A stretch of DNA of 55,342 nt, from positions 1 through 55,342 of the IMG/VR virus record IMGVR_UViG_3300029286_000049. One strand, 5' to 3'. The notes under the pieces were generated by a model. It had not been told where the DNA came from, did not search any database, and saw only the letters and a program-made list of their open reading frames with translations. The stretch comes from a virus. Its lineage: Duplodnaviria; Caudoviricetes. Position numbers and translations under genes: made by a program. This document shows positions 36,839 to 46,879 of this stretch, piece after piece; position 1 is the stretch's first letter, and the number at the start of each line of letters is the position of its first letter.

Positions 36839-39800
36839 TATTTAGTCCCTATTAGGTAAACACATCCAAGGTTATTAGGAAGAATCTCTTTATCAATTAT
36901 CACATTCTCTTGGTTAATATAATCTAAGATTATATGACCAGCAGCAACTTTAATCATACTGAAATCTGCATCAGCGGCTTTGACTCTTTTTCTCTTTTCT
37001 TTTTCAGCAGCACTCAATTGCTGATATATAACTTTCTGCACTTCTGCTGGTGAATCCTCTATGGCGTTCTCATTAAATCTCATTATTCTCCATCCAATGT
37101 TAGCCAGCTTCACATCTCTAGCTTTGTCTCTAGCTTTTGATTCAGCATCTTCATGCCATTTCTGACCATCTGCCTCTATGCCAACGCCGACAGCAGGATA
37201 AGCAAAATCTATATTGAAAGGAAATTGTTGTCCTGGGACTTGAACCTTGTATTGACCATATAAGTTATACGGGACTTTCATGCCGCTCAACATATTATAC
37301 ATCTGAGACTCAAGCTTAGTCAGAGCCAAAGGCATCTTAACAGACTTAGCCTTTTGTTGCTCTTGCATCTGCTCCATAAACGATTTGCCACCTTTGCCTC
37401 TCTTAGTGACCTTGAAACCTTCTGCTGCCGCAGGCATTCCAGGTGCTCCGCCAGGAGCGCCACCCATGCCTCCTCCCATACCTCCCATACCTCCCATACC
37501 TTCCATGCCTGGAGCGCCACCCATTTCTCCGCCAGGTGCGCCGGGAGCGCCGCCAGGTGCGCCAGGCGCGCCGCCACCGCCCATATCCATAGGAGCGCCA
37601 CCGCCTCCTCCGCCCATGCCTCCCATACCGCCACCTTCTTGTCCACCAAGTTGACCTTGAGGACCAGCCATAATCATCTCTTCTCTTATCTTCTGAAGCT
37701 CATCATCATAGCTAAGACCAAACTCTTTAAGAAGCGTATCATTAGAAACAAGACCTTTATCATTCATTTGCATAAACATCTGCATCTTATTAGAATTGTC
37801 TCTAAGGTTAAGATCATTCCATTTGATAGTTGGCTTGAGCCATACTTCTTCTCCAACCATTTCAGATTCTTCATCGTCCCTAAAACCTTGCATCATAGAA
37901 ACAGGCAGGAAGATATGTTGCTCAATCCATTCACTTAAAATGTTTTGCCATCCCTGTAAACGGCGTATCAAAGCTTCGACACCAACCTGAGCACTTCCCC
38001 ACGCTGGACCTTCACCATTTAAAAGGCTCTGGTTCAACATCATCCCGTCAAGAATCTCTTTTCCAATAGCATCCATTTCGGCAGTTATATTATGTATCTT
38101 TCCAGAATTTCCCTGAATAGCAATCTTTCCATTACGCATAGTCACGAAGAATCCAGTAGAAGTCTCGAAACACCATACTTTGCCTTTATAGTATTCTTTA
38201 GAAACATGATCATCTTTTATTCTTGGGAAACGACCCTTTCCGTTATCTGTCATATTACAATTAATTACATATTGCTTACCTTTTCTATACTGACTTAGCA
38301 CAGGTGATAATCCGCATTTAAACAAGACTTCTAGCATATCATCGGCTAAATTTTTACTATTAGTCCCTGCTTGAATTGCGAAAGATTCATCATATACATA
38401 TTTTGATGCGTCTCCCTTGCAATACGCCTCTGCCAAAATCATAAGTTTTTCAGGAGGCAAATTCTTTATCCAATTGGGAATTTTCTTTTCATTAGAATTA
38501 TGACCAAACCATTCACCTATTTGCCTTGCTACATCCTTCATCAAAATGTTCCATGTTGTGGCTCTACCTTCATAGGCATATTTACTAAACTTCATGCCAA
38601 GCGAAGGCATAATTTCATCTATTTCTTCACAGTATTCTGGGTTGGCGGATGGAGACTGACCTATCGAAACTATATAACGTCGTTTCTCAGGCTTAAATTC
38701 ACAATGTCCCTCTGATAAATAATACCCGGCAAATCTTAGAAAATCATCTATTGGGACTTTATATCCACAAACATCAATTTCTTCAACCACCTGCTCTGCT
38801 GAATCATATTCCGCAACGCATCTTACATATCTATCACATTCATTTATAATAGCGAAATCTTTAGCTTGCATAGTATAAGCAGTTTTAAGATCTCTTTTAT
38901 ACCCAAGCATTTTATGACTAGGGGTTACTAACATATCCATTTTATTGCCGAAAAACTTAACCATTTCCCCATCATAATCATATTCATGAAGCTTTAATGG
39001 TTTTTCATATCTCATTTTGCCTGTTTTAGAATCAAATACCATTATCTCATCATCTGCTGTAACTTCCCAATAATTCTTCCAGCCAGATTTACATAAAGCC
39101 TTGGTATCACTAGAGTTACACGCCCCAAACCATTCGTACTCGAAAGCGTGGTGAGTGATCAATGTAAGATTAGGATCATTCGCTACAGCAGATAGCTGTG
39201 CGGATACATCTGCGATGTCATCAGGAGTAGCAGGACGTTCTTTGTCACCGATCTTAACTACTCTTACTGGAAGCACAAGTCTTTCTGCTATAATCCAGTT
39301 TGCAGTCATTAACTTTGTCTTATAAGCGAGAATAGTAAACAATCTACGAAGCATAGACGTACCATACACGCCATAAGGGGCGGCATTATGTCTTAAATGA
39401 CTTATACAGCGATTTGACAGCGGGATAGGTAATCCACTAACAATCATACCAATAATCTTTGGTGGAAGCCTCTTATAGATTTGTTCTGGTTTCTTTCTCT
39501 GAACAAGCATTCTCAGCTCTTCATCTGGGATAAGTGAGAAAACTGGTTCAGGAGCAAGTGAGTTTTTCTGAGCTTCAATCCAGTCAGGATTCAATATAAC
39601 GATTCTCTTTATTTTTCCGCCAGGATGTCTGCAAGACTCGCCTGTTGGAAGAACGCCGCCACCGCCGCATATTGGGCATTCCATCTCAATAAACGGAAAT
39701 ACGTCGCCAATCATATGATACTCATGACTAATGTATTTAAGAATTGCATTCAACTGTAAGTCCTTCACAAGCTTCTCGAAGAACTTCAAAACTTTCTTAT

Positions 39801-40167
39801 CTTTGCACTCTAGCTTAAACCCGTTAATTGGGAAGTGACCATAGAAATCTATGGCGGCAGCTACTTTAGGTTCATTCTCATAATAGAATCTAGCCCATTG
39901 ATAGCATTCTCTTCTTTTAGAAGCAATCTGCCAGTTTTGCGGAGTATGAAGGGGGCTAAAGAACATGGGCTGTGTCATTGTGACATTAGCACCTGATCCA
40001 GCAAATTGAGAATACTTAGTAATAGGCACTTTGACCGTATCGCTAGTAGTATATTTCATATTCCTAGAATAGCCGCTAGAATCGCCTCTAAAAGAACCAG
40101 ACGCTGCGGTTAATATATTTCTGACTTTCTCAGAGCGTTTATCAAGAACGTTAAACTTAATGGGCAT
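36838..40167 (-). CDS. Portal protein with intein, Gly/Met/Pro linker and C-terminal DUF559-like nuclease domain
   Basis: W.RFYYENEP.VAAAID...FP, Y..IGDVFPF, YG.S.LRR.F..L, IKWNDLNL portal-type motifs; position in head module. Confidence 0.82.
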   Translation of the reverse strand: MPIKFNVLDKRSEKVRNILTAASGSFRGDSSGYSRNMKYTTSDTVKVPITKYSQFAGSGANVTMTQPMFFSPLHTPQNWQIASKRRECYQWARFYYENEPKVAAAIDFYGHFPINGFKLECKDKKVLKFFEKLVKDLQLNAILKYISHEYHMIGDVFPFIEMECPICGGGGVLPTGESCRHPGGKIKRIVILNPDWIEAQKNSLAPEPVFSLIPDEELRMLVQRKKPEQIYKRLPPKIIGMIVSGLPIPLSNRCISHLRHNAAPYGVYGTSMLRRLFTILAYKTKLMTANWIIAERLVLPVRVVKIGDKERPATPDDIADVSAQLSAVANDPNLTLITHHAFEYEWFGACNSSDTKALCKSGWKNYWEVTADDEIMVFDSKTGKMRYEKPLKLHEYDYDGEMVKFFGNKMDMLVTPSHKMLGYKRDLKTAYTMQAKDFAIINECDRYVRCVAEYDSAEQVVEEIDVCGYKVPIDDFLRFAGYYLSEGHCEFKPEKRRYIVSIGQSPSANPEYCEEIDEIMPSLGMKFSKYAYEGRATTWNILMKDVARQIGEWFGHNSNEKKIPNWIKNLPPEKLMILAEAYCKGDASKYVYDESFAIQAGTNSKNLADDMLEVLFKCGLSPVLSQYRKGKQYVINCNMTDNGKGRFPRIKDDHVSKEYYKGKVWCFETSTGFFVTMRNGKIAIQGNSGKIHNITAEMDAIGKEILDGMMLNQSLLNGEGPAWGSAQVGVEALIRRLQGWQNILSEWIEQHIFLPVSMMQGFRDDEESEMVGEEVWLKPTIKWNDLNLRDNSNKMQMFMQMNDKGLVSNDTLLKEFGLSYDDELQKIREEMIMAGPQGQLGGQEGGGMGGMGGGGGGAPMDMGGGGAPGAPGGAPGAPGGEMGGAPGMEGMGGMGGMGGGMGGAPGGAPGMPAAAEGFKVTKRGKGGKSFMEQMQEQQKAKSVKMPLALTKLESQMYNMLSGMKVPYNLYGQYKVQVPGQQFPFNIDFAYPAVGVGIEADGQKWHEDAESKARDKARDVKLANIGWRIMRFNENAIEDSPAEVQKVIYQQLSAAEKEKRKRVKAADADFSMIKVAAGHIILDYINQENVIIDKEILPNNLGCVYLIGTK
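37420..37660 (-). repeat. GAPG/GGMG low-complexity repeat in portal C-terminus
   Basis: GC-rich tandem GGAPGAPG and GGM repeats; boundaries approximate. Confidence 0.8.
38107..39120 (-). mobile_element. Intein (338 aa) with LAGLIDADG domain in portal
   Basis: CNSSDT....SGW, VTPSH, FAGYYLSEG, YCKGDA, VWCFET...IAIQGN|S. Confidence 0.9.
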
Positions 40168-40178
40168 TTTTTATCTCC

Positions 40179-40682
40179 TTAACCTCCACACAAATCTTCC
40201 CAAGTGCTTTCCACTTGTTCCATGTGTTTATTATCGGGATTTTTTGGATGAAAAGGATCTGAGAACTGTTTTATTTCTTCACTCTCATATATCCCATGAA
40301 CTGGTTTATGATGTTTCTTCTTGCTTTTCTTGCTTGTTATTTCCTTTTTATCGATAGGATCAACATCTAAAGTATCATCTTTAGATGCAGCTCTCCTAGC
40401 TGTAGGTAGAGGTTGACCCGGAACGATCATCTTCTTCCAGCTTTCTTTTTGAGAGCCGGGAGAATCTGGCTTATGATCTTCAAGACCTGTCACTTTTGGC
40501 GTGACTGTTTGCTTACATACAGGGCAGAAATTATCTTCGCCTAATGTAGATTGTCTTCCGACTATTAGGCATTTCGGGCAAAGCTTTTCGGGCTTAACTC
40601 CCCATACATCTGCATCCAGTCCCCTTTTCGGAGGTTCTGCACTGAGTGGTTTTAATGGTGGGAGATCCGCTAGCTTGATGTT
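40179..40682 (-). CDS. -1 frame extension of 40670..42043 containing a CPKC...CPVC zinc ribbon
   Basis: Frame of ORF 40179..40493 is open a further 63 codons up to the A10 run with no ATG/GTG/TTG start. Confidence 0.7.
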   Translation of the reverse strand, partial: NIKLADLPPLKPLSAEPPKRGLDADVWGVKPEKLCPKCLIVGRQSTLGEDNFCPVCKQTVTPKVTGLEDHKPDSPGSQKESWKKMIVPGQPLPTARRAASKDDTLDVDPIDKKEITSKKSKKKHHKPVHGIYESEEIKQFSDPFHPKNPDNKHMEQVESTWEDLCGG

Positions 40683-42043
40683 TTTTTTTTGAGGTTGAAA
40701 GAAGCCTGTCTATCCATATCCATTTGCTCATGGAGTCTGTCATCGTCAGCAGCTCCTTTCAAGTCACTCATAGAAGGCAAAGACTCCTTATATTGATCTA
40801 TACTTTGCTGTACAAACTTAAGGACTTCTTTATATATCTCTCTGGCTAGTGAGTCATCATCCAAATGCTGCAAATGTGGTTGTTCGGCGGCAGACGAAGA
40901 AGCTCTCTCACTGGCAAAACTATCTTCTTCTAAACCCATTACATCAAAAGCGATTTCAGAAGGAGTCATAGAAGTTTGCTCATTCAGGAATTCTTTAGCA
41001 TTGCTTTCTTCCTGACAATGATCGACATAATCTTTTATCTGTTTTTGAAAAAGTTCCTCTTTGCTTTGAGGAGATGGTGTCATATTTGCCTGTGCTGTCT
41101 TTACAGATGCTTTTTTCCAATTGAAAGGTTGTCCAGAAGATTCTGGTTCATAGCCTTTTTCTTCCGCCTGTTTTTCTCTCATTGCCTCAAGTCTGGCTTC
41201 GGTGCTTCTATATTCTGGAAGATATGGTTTTCTTCTTTCGCCGGGTAGAAGCTGATAGTTATTCCCTTCTGGGGTCCATCTATCTACTTCAAATCTCTTA
41301 TTAATATATCCACCAACCCAATTACCATCCTTGTCGCGATATGGACGAGAATACTTGTCCATAATACTTCCGCGCCAGATCGATTCCCAGTCAATGTTCC
41401 AAACATTGTCAACGACCAAACCGAAACCCTTATTTCTCTCTACAACGCTCCAGTCTGAAACTGGCTGTCTAGTAAACGGGTCTATTCTGGTCTGCCCTGG
41501 ACCGTACATGATAATGTTTTGAGATGTTTGTGCTTGGGCTTGCTTACTCAAGTTAAAAGACTTATTGACCGGCAAATTAGAAGATGCCATCTTCTTAATT
41601 TGGCTATCAACATCTTTCACAAAAGCCTCTATCTCTTTAGGATCAATTTCTTTATATTCAGTTGCCATCATACCCTCTTGACTGTCTGGTGATACCATCC
41701 CAACAGGGAGGATACCAGATTTAACTATTTGACCAGCGATCTCCTCTCTTATCCCAGGATCATCTGCTGTGTAATACTGTTCCAAAGCTTCTCTTAATGC
41801 TTCTAAATCGGCATGAGCGACTTTATCTTCTATTTGCTTCTGTACTGCTGTTCTATCCCCACTAGACAAAAAAGCATCAAGGTCAGAACCTTTTTCAAAA
41901 ACCAAATCTTGTTCTTGTGGGCTAGAAGTTTGAGCCGGGTCTTCCAAAGGTTGCTCTGTCTCTGGCATCGCCATAGGATCTTGTGCAGGAGACATCATAG
42001 GGTCTTGCAGCACTTGAGCATTCTTTGTAAAGATTCTTTTCAT
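40670..42043 (-). CDS. Putative head/core protein with FN[LW]KK-A motifs
   Basis: TAATG-coupled; acidic linkers around an aromatic-rich core (ERNKGFG...MDKY.RPY...GGYI.KRFEV). Confidence 0.75.
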   Translation of the reverse strand: MKRIFTKNAQVLQDPMMSPAQDPMAMPETEQPLEDPAQTSSPQEQDLVFEKGSDLDAFLSSGDRTAVQKQIEDKVAHADLEALREALEQYYTADDPGIREEIAGQIVKSGILPVGMVSPDSQEGMMATEYKEIDPKEIEAFVKDVDSQIKKMASSNLPVNKSFNLSKQAQAQTSQNIIMYGPGQTRIDPFTRQPVSDWSVVERNKGFGLVVDNVWNIDWESIWRGSIMDKYSRPYRDKDGNWVGGYINKRFEVDRWTPEGNNYQLLPGERRKPYLPEYRSTEARLEAMREKQAEEKGYEPESSGQPFNWKKASVKTAQANMTPSPQSKEELFQKQIKDYVDHCQEESNAKEFLNEQTSMTPSEIAFDVMGLEEDSFASERASSSAAEQPHLQHLDDDSLAREIYKEVLKFVQQSIDQYKESLPSMSDLKGAADDDRLHEQMDMDRQASFNLKKKTSS

Positions 42044-42759
42044 TATTCCTCTTTTTTCTGCATTAAGCGATCAAACAAATCACTTGTAATAGACTTACTT
42101 GACTTTGTTCCATAATTCTTTATATAACGATCATCAGCTTTCTCTTTTCTTCCCTTTACGTCTGACAAGCTTTCGCCAGCAGTCTTTTCTGGGATACGGG
42201 AGAAAGCGTCTTTCCCGTCAAGAGCATCAAAGATGCTATTATGTCTTTTCATAGATGGTTCATGTGTTGCTCTTTCAGAATGAGAGGATGCAGATTGTAT
42301 ATTGGCATCTTTTCTAGTATCAGTTTTAGAAAGACTTTCTACCATCTCATCCATACGGTCTTTCTTCATGCTGTTTCTAAGCTTTTCTGTTTCTTCTCTA
42401 GCCTCAATAGTTTTTTCTTTTGAACTCTTAATCTCTTTCATTTCGTCAAGACGATTAGGATTCCATATGCTGTTATTGTTCTGAGAACCTAGCTGGCTTT
42501 TTGATCCGCCTTCGTCTTTGATCTCTCCAAGACCAGCAGAAAGAATTCTATTCGGCATAGACAATTTTCCTTGACCAATAAGGTTATCAGGATCGAATCT
42601 CTTCTTACTTCTGACTACCCCTTGTGGTCGAATTTCTTCTCTAGCCTTCTTCTCTGCTTTAATCTCTGTTTCTGCTTTAGCGAACATATCAGGCTTATCT
42701 TCAAATAAAGATTCAAAGCAACTTATTTTCCCGCTATTTTTATGTTTTTGTAATGCCAT
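42043..42759 (-). CDS. Hypothetical charged protein
   Basis: ORF in head operon. Confidence 0.7.
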   Translation of the reverse strand: MALQKHKNSGKISCFESLFEDKPDMFAKAETEIKAEKKAREEIRPQGVVRSKKRFDPDNLIGQGKLSMPNRILSAGLGEIKDEGGSKSQLGSQNNNSIWNPNRLDEMKEIKSSKEKTIEAREETEKLRNSMKKDRMDEMVESLSKTDTRKDANIQSASSHSERATHEPSMKRHNSIFDALDGKDAFSRIPEKTAGESLSDVKGRKEKADDRYIKNYGTKSSKSITSDLFDRLMQKKEE

Positions 42760-42770
42760 TTGGTCCCCGT

Positions 42771-43454
42771 TTATATGAGCTTGTCGAACAAACTGTTCTT
42801 GCTCTCCTTAATCATTTCCTGTATAGTACATGCAGCCTTATTTCTTTTCGGCTTTTTGTTCTTGAGACCACCATCATCTTTGCCAGGTCCATATACTTGA
42901 GTAAGTACATCGTTGATCATGCCAGCCTGAGATTCGTTCTCTTGCTCTTGCATGGTTCTAGAATTGAAATTCAAAGTGACCTTCAAATCGCTTCTCTCGG
43001 CATCCTCGAAGTTCAATCCAAATTGCTTCTGTATAGAGTTTACTATGTTGGTAAAGTCTTTATTGGACAATCTCTTTTTAGACCCGTAGTATCTATCTGG
43101 AATTACAAGAGTGACCTCTCTTGAACCATCTGGGAAGATCTTCTCTTTAACGAATTCTTCCTCATATTGTTCCAAACGGCGAGGAGGATAGCCAAAATGT
43201 GTCAAAGTCTTGAAAATGAATTCTGTGACATCATCCTCATTACCCGATCCATCACTGGACTGATCATTACGCTCTTCGTTGGCATCAACGGCGCGTTCTA
43301 GTTCTTTATCTCTTGGCTCATTTGGTTCTGGCTCAGCTTGTGGCTGAGGTCCGACAGTTTCTGTGCCTTGACCGAAATCAACGCCAGTCTGTTGGACCTC
43401 GTCCACCGCTTGTGCAACCATAATGCGCCTGCTACCTGATGGTATAAGCCTCAT
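42771..43454 (-). CDS. Hypothetical protein
   Basis: GGAG SD; head operon. Confidence 0.7.
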   Translation of the reverse strand: MRLIPSGSRRIMVAQAVDEVQQTGVDFGQGTETVGPQPQAEPEPNEPRDKELERAVDANEERNDQSSDGSGNEDDVTEFIFKTLTHFGYPPRRLEQYEEEFVKEKIFPDGSREVTLVIPDRYYGSKKRLSNKDFTNIVNSIQKQFGLNFEDAERSDLKVTLNFNSRTMQEQENESQAGMINDVLTQVYGPGKDDGGLKNKKPKRNKAACTIQEMIKESKNSLFDKLI

Positions 43455-43483
43455 AGGTCTACTCCAATATAAAAGTTGAATAA

Positions 43484-44083
43484 TTAGTCAGCGATCATTG
43501 CATCGACATATTCAGCCGGATACAAATTCTGCCAATACTTCTTCAACCAAGACTTTGTCTTGTCATTAAGCTTGGCAACACGAATAAATCTGCCATTCGT
43601 AGAAGCAACAGCTTCCTTCTCTTCTTTATCGTCTTCCTTTTCTTCTTTTGCGCCAAAAGGTTTTGCCTTCTTGTCGCCAAAGTTATCGATGCCAGCAGCC
43701 TTCTTGCTCTTACCGATCTCGGTCTTCTTGACCTTGTCATCGGTAAGATCCTTGTTGCCAGCATCTACAGACTCGCCGGTCTGATGAAGAGGCTCAACGT
43801 CGAGCTGACCAGAGCTTTCGCCCTTTTCATCTTCGTTCTTGCCAGCCTTCTTGACAGATTCCTCTGCCTTTGCCATGCAAGCCTTTTCATCGACTTCTGG
43901 ATCGTTGTTGTTCTCAGCCTTCCCTTCCCACTCTGGCTGTCCGCTGCCTTCTGCTTCATCTTTCTCTTTCTTAGACGCTGTCTTCGTAAGAGACTCTTTC
44001 TTGGCTGCATACTTATTGACCAAATCGTTGAAAGAGACTTTCTTGCCGCTTGGGATCGTGTTCGTGCATAGTTTAATTTCCAT
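43484..44083 (-). CDS. Highly charged putative internal head protein with KxA motifs
   Basis: AAGGAG SD; TKTAS, KKAG, KKAAG, RVAK; repeated GSGQPE/SSGQLD. Confidence 0.72.
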   Translation of the reverse strand: MEIKLCTNTIPSGKKVSFNDLVNKYAAKKESLTKTASKKEKDEAEGSGQPEWEGKAENNNDPEVDEKACMAKAEESVKKAGKNEDEKGESSGQLDVEPLHQTGESVDAGNKDLTDDKVKKTEIGKSKKAAGIDNFGDKKAKPFGAKEEKEDDKEEKEAVASTNGRFIRVAKLNDKTKSWLKKYWQNLYPAEYVDAMIAD

Positions 44084-44132
44084 TTTCTTTAACTCCTTAG
44101 ATAATTAAGTGTATCTAATTCCTATTTTATTA

Positions 44133-44162
44133 CCTTTCCAAAATTGATCTCTCAATTCCTTT
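44133..44162 (-). promoter_or_regulatory. Putative late promoter (AAAGGA-N17-GGAAAG)
   Basis: Weaker match to recurring motif. Confidence 0.35.
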
Positions 44163-44170
44163 GTTTATTT

Positions 44171-45934
44171 TTACCCATTAGTCATATTCAGTTTGCATAC
44201 ACTATCAAGAAACTTATTTACGTCTATTATACTCTTGCTTATATCTGGCATGTCAGATGGGGCTTTTACAGCTTTTCTCCTAACCAAATCCCATAATCTT
44301 GCGAGATCCTCATGCATCTTTTTGCAATCGATATCAGAACCGACAGATGGAGTAGATACAGTATTTTGGCCTTGTACTTGCTGAGTCACATCTTGAGGTC
44401 CAGTAGCAAATCTACCAGTCCCATTAGCCTTTTCTTCTAGTATTCCTATCAAGGCGTTATTCCCTTTTCTGGAGCCAGCATTATATATCATCTGTATGAT
44501 AGCTTTTTCTAAATCTGGAGACAAATCTGATGCTACATCGGCTTTCTTAAAATTATAGGTTATAGTCTTAGCGGCTATATTTTGTGCAGATTCTTCCTCT
44601 GTCAAAGCTCCCTCTTCCGCGATTTCTGGGTTGCCATGTATATCAAACATTCGATTCGTTTTCTGTGTGACATCATTAAGGTTTTGAGTGTCTTGTCCCT
44701 TTCTCTTAAGAACATCTTTTATTAAGTTCACATCTATATCATATTTCTTCAAAAACTCTACTAAGCTATCTGGATTTCCAAGATTGTTCTTTTGAAAGAT
44801 TTCTTTTGCTTGGTTTCCGACATTACCTGTCGAGGATGGTGTTGCTTGTGCAGCAGGCGCAGATACTGGTGCAGCCTTTTGAGCCGATGGAGCAGCATTT
44901 GCTGGCGGCGCTCCAAATGAACCATTAGTAGATGGTGCTGCTTGCTGAGCCGTAGGAGCAGCCTGTTGAGCAGCAGGAGCCGCTTGAAAGTTCTGTATAG
45001 CCATCATAGCAGGACGTACAGATTGAGAAAAGCTGTTATATACCTGATTAATCCCGCTACCTTTTACATTAACATTAGTTTGAATAAACTTATTGATGTT
45101 ATCTATAAAAGTTTTGCTTTGTGATGGAAAATTTTCGGCAATCTCTTGTATATCTTTGCTTTTTTTACTTAAATCATTTTGAAGTTTTCTTAGTGCATCG
45201 AATTGCCCTTGTTTGTTATTTTTTTTTTGTTCCTTTCTGATGATCTTAGCAGTCTCATGAAGTCTTTCATCGACCTGCTTCATAAAATAGATAGCCTTGG
45301 TCTTAGGATCACGGCTAAAAGCATCAAACATTCCTGCTACTTTCAGATTGCTTACAATCTCTTGAGCAGCAGTAGCTACTTTCTGACCTAATTCAATACG
45401 ACCATTCTCATTCAATTTCTCAGCAATGGTCAGAAGCTTATCCGCTTCTTTAATTATGCTGTTTTCATATCTCAAAACACCTTGCTGAATAGCAAGCTTT
45501 ATGGCTCTGTCGGGAGTAAGACCACCGTTAATCAGCTCGGCAGACTTCTTATGGAAATAGTCTTTCTCCATAGCGATTACTTTCTTGGAAAACTCTGGCT
45601 TGCGACTTGCGAACTTCTTGAGACTATCTGATGCATCCTCTGCATACTTATCCCAATCAGATCTATCTTTATTCAAAGATTCAACATATTCGCTTTGACA
45701 TTCAGACCAGACTGCTTGAGCGCCAAGTTCAGGCTTGCTTGCCCTTTTCTGCCTATAGCAATTAGACCAACATCTTTCATTGCGAATCCAATAACCCTGA
45801 ACACCAACATACTGAGCTTCAGTGATCTTGAGAACATTGCGAGTAATCCTGTCGATTACTGCGGCGGTTCTCTTAAGACCTTTAGAATCAAGCTCATCTG
45901 CTATGTCTGTAAGTTTTTCAATACTATTTGCCAT
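44171..45934 (-). CDS. Putative internal head protein, helical with Ala/Pro/Gln linker
   Basis: Repeated L..IA..L...G helices; CW.NCYRQKR; KVAG, YNFKKA motifs. Confidence 0.72.
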   Translation of the reverse strand: MANSIEKLTDIADELDSKGLKRTAAVIDRITRNVLKITEAQYVGVQGYWIRNERCWSNCYRQKRASKPELGAQAVWSECQSEYVESLNKDRSDWDKYAEDASDSLKKFASRKPEFSKKVIAMEKDYFHKKSAELINGGLTPDRAIKLAIQQGVLRYENSIIKEADKLLTIAEKLNENGRIELGQKVATAAQEIVSNLKVAGMFDAFSRDPKTKAIYFMKQVDERLHETAKIIRKEQKKNNKQGQFDALRKLQNDLSKKSKDIQEIAENFPSQSKTFIDNINKFIQTNVNVKGSGINQVYNSFSQSVRPAMMAIQNFQAAPAAQQAAPTAQQAAPSTNGSFGAPPANAAPSAQKAAPVSAPAAQATPSSTGNVGNQAKEIFQKNNLGNPDSLVEFLKKYDIDVNLIKDVLKRKGQDTQNLNDVTQKTNRMFDIHGNPEIAEEGALTEEESAQNIAAKTITYNFKKADVASDLSPDLEKAIIQMIYNAGSRKGNNALIGILEEKANGTGRFATGPQDVTQQVQGQNTVSTPSVGSDIDCKKMHEDLARLWDLVRRKAVKAPSDMPDISKSIIDVNKFLDSVCKLNMTNG

Positions 45935-45935
45935 T

Positions 45936-46517
45936 TTATAATTCCTTTAACCTCTGAAAACGTTGTTTATTCTTCTTTCTATATTTTCGTTGTCTCATCC
46001 TCCCTAAAAATCTATTTCTTTCCGCACGAAAGTTAAATTTAGGGGTAAACTGTTCGCCTTTCCATTCTACTTTTTGTATCTGGTCTATAACAAAACCACC
46101 ATACCAATCCATATTTTCATTCCATGCCACAACGATCTGATTACCAGTCGTCTTCGCATTGAAGATACCATGAGGCTCAATGTCTCTTATGATAAAATCA
46201 CCTTTCACAGTTGTATAAGATACCCTGATTACCTCTTTATTTTGTATCGCATAGTTAATATATTCTATGGGTCTACTAAACTTAGGGTACTTATCTTGAT
46301 CTTCCTCAATAGGTTCTACGTCTTTTAGCTCTTCCTCTGTATTATCTTCCATAGGGATTTTAGTCCCTATATCTTCTGGAGTTATCTCTGGGAGTTCTCC
46401 CTCTCCATTATCAATCCACTCATAGTTCTGATCATTGGCATCTTCAAATTCGCCAACATCAGGGTTGTATACCTGTTGAGCTTGCTTACAATAGATAACA
46501 GTTTTGATAACTTTCAT
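45936..46517 (-). CDS. WYL-domain protein with acidic N-terminus
   Basis: AI....VI.VSY....G....R.IEP.G........VVAW......F.ID.I..V WYL pattern. Confidence 0.7.
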   Translation of the reverse strand: MKVIKTVIYCKQAQQVYNPDVGEFEDANDQNYEWIDNGEGELPEITPEDIGTKIPMEDNTEEELKDVEPIEEDQDKYPKFSRPIEYINYAIQNKEVIRVSYTTVKGDFIIRDIEPHGIFNAKTTGNQIVVAWNENMDWYGGFVIDQIQKVEWKGEQFTPKFNFRAERNRFLGRMRQRKYRKKNKQRFQRLKEL

Positions 46518-46519
46518 AA

Positions 46520-46879
46520 TTATTTCTTGAACCTGACGATATCAAAACCAATATCATCTTTATCTATCTCTATCTTATAGCCTTCCCCTATCCCATTACC
46601 CCTAAAAAAGCCCTCATTAGCCTCTACAGCCATTACGCAATTCTTATCGCTACTTACAGCGCTTAACGTCATTGGTTTAATCCTGTCGATTTTTACGATC
46701 TTATTTTCAGAATCAATAAAGGCTATATCAAGTGGAATAAAGGTGTTCAATCCCCAGAACTTTAGAACTTGCGGGCTATTAAAACGAAAAAGCATACCAG
46801 CATTGCTGTTCAAATCTTTTCTGAACATCAACCCCTGGCTTTGCTTGTATGGAGTATCCGCAATTTCAACGTATAACAT
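46520..46879 (-). CDS. DUF192 family protein
   Basis: VEIADT.....GLMFR..L....GMLF.F....FW..NT.IPLDIAFID signature. Confidence 0.9.
   Translation of the reverse strand: MLYVEIADTPYKQSQGLMFRKDLNSNAGMLFRFNSPQVLKFWGLNTFIPLDIAFIDSENKIVKIDRIKPMTLSAVSSDKNCVMAVEANEGFFRGNGIGEGYKIEIDKDDIGFDIVRFKK

Noticed and set aside
45219-45228. Second A10 run (minus strand) where a -1 slip would meet an immediate TAA
   Set aside because: Zero frame continues normally and nothing else supports a truncated isoform; useful only as a control for the 40681 run
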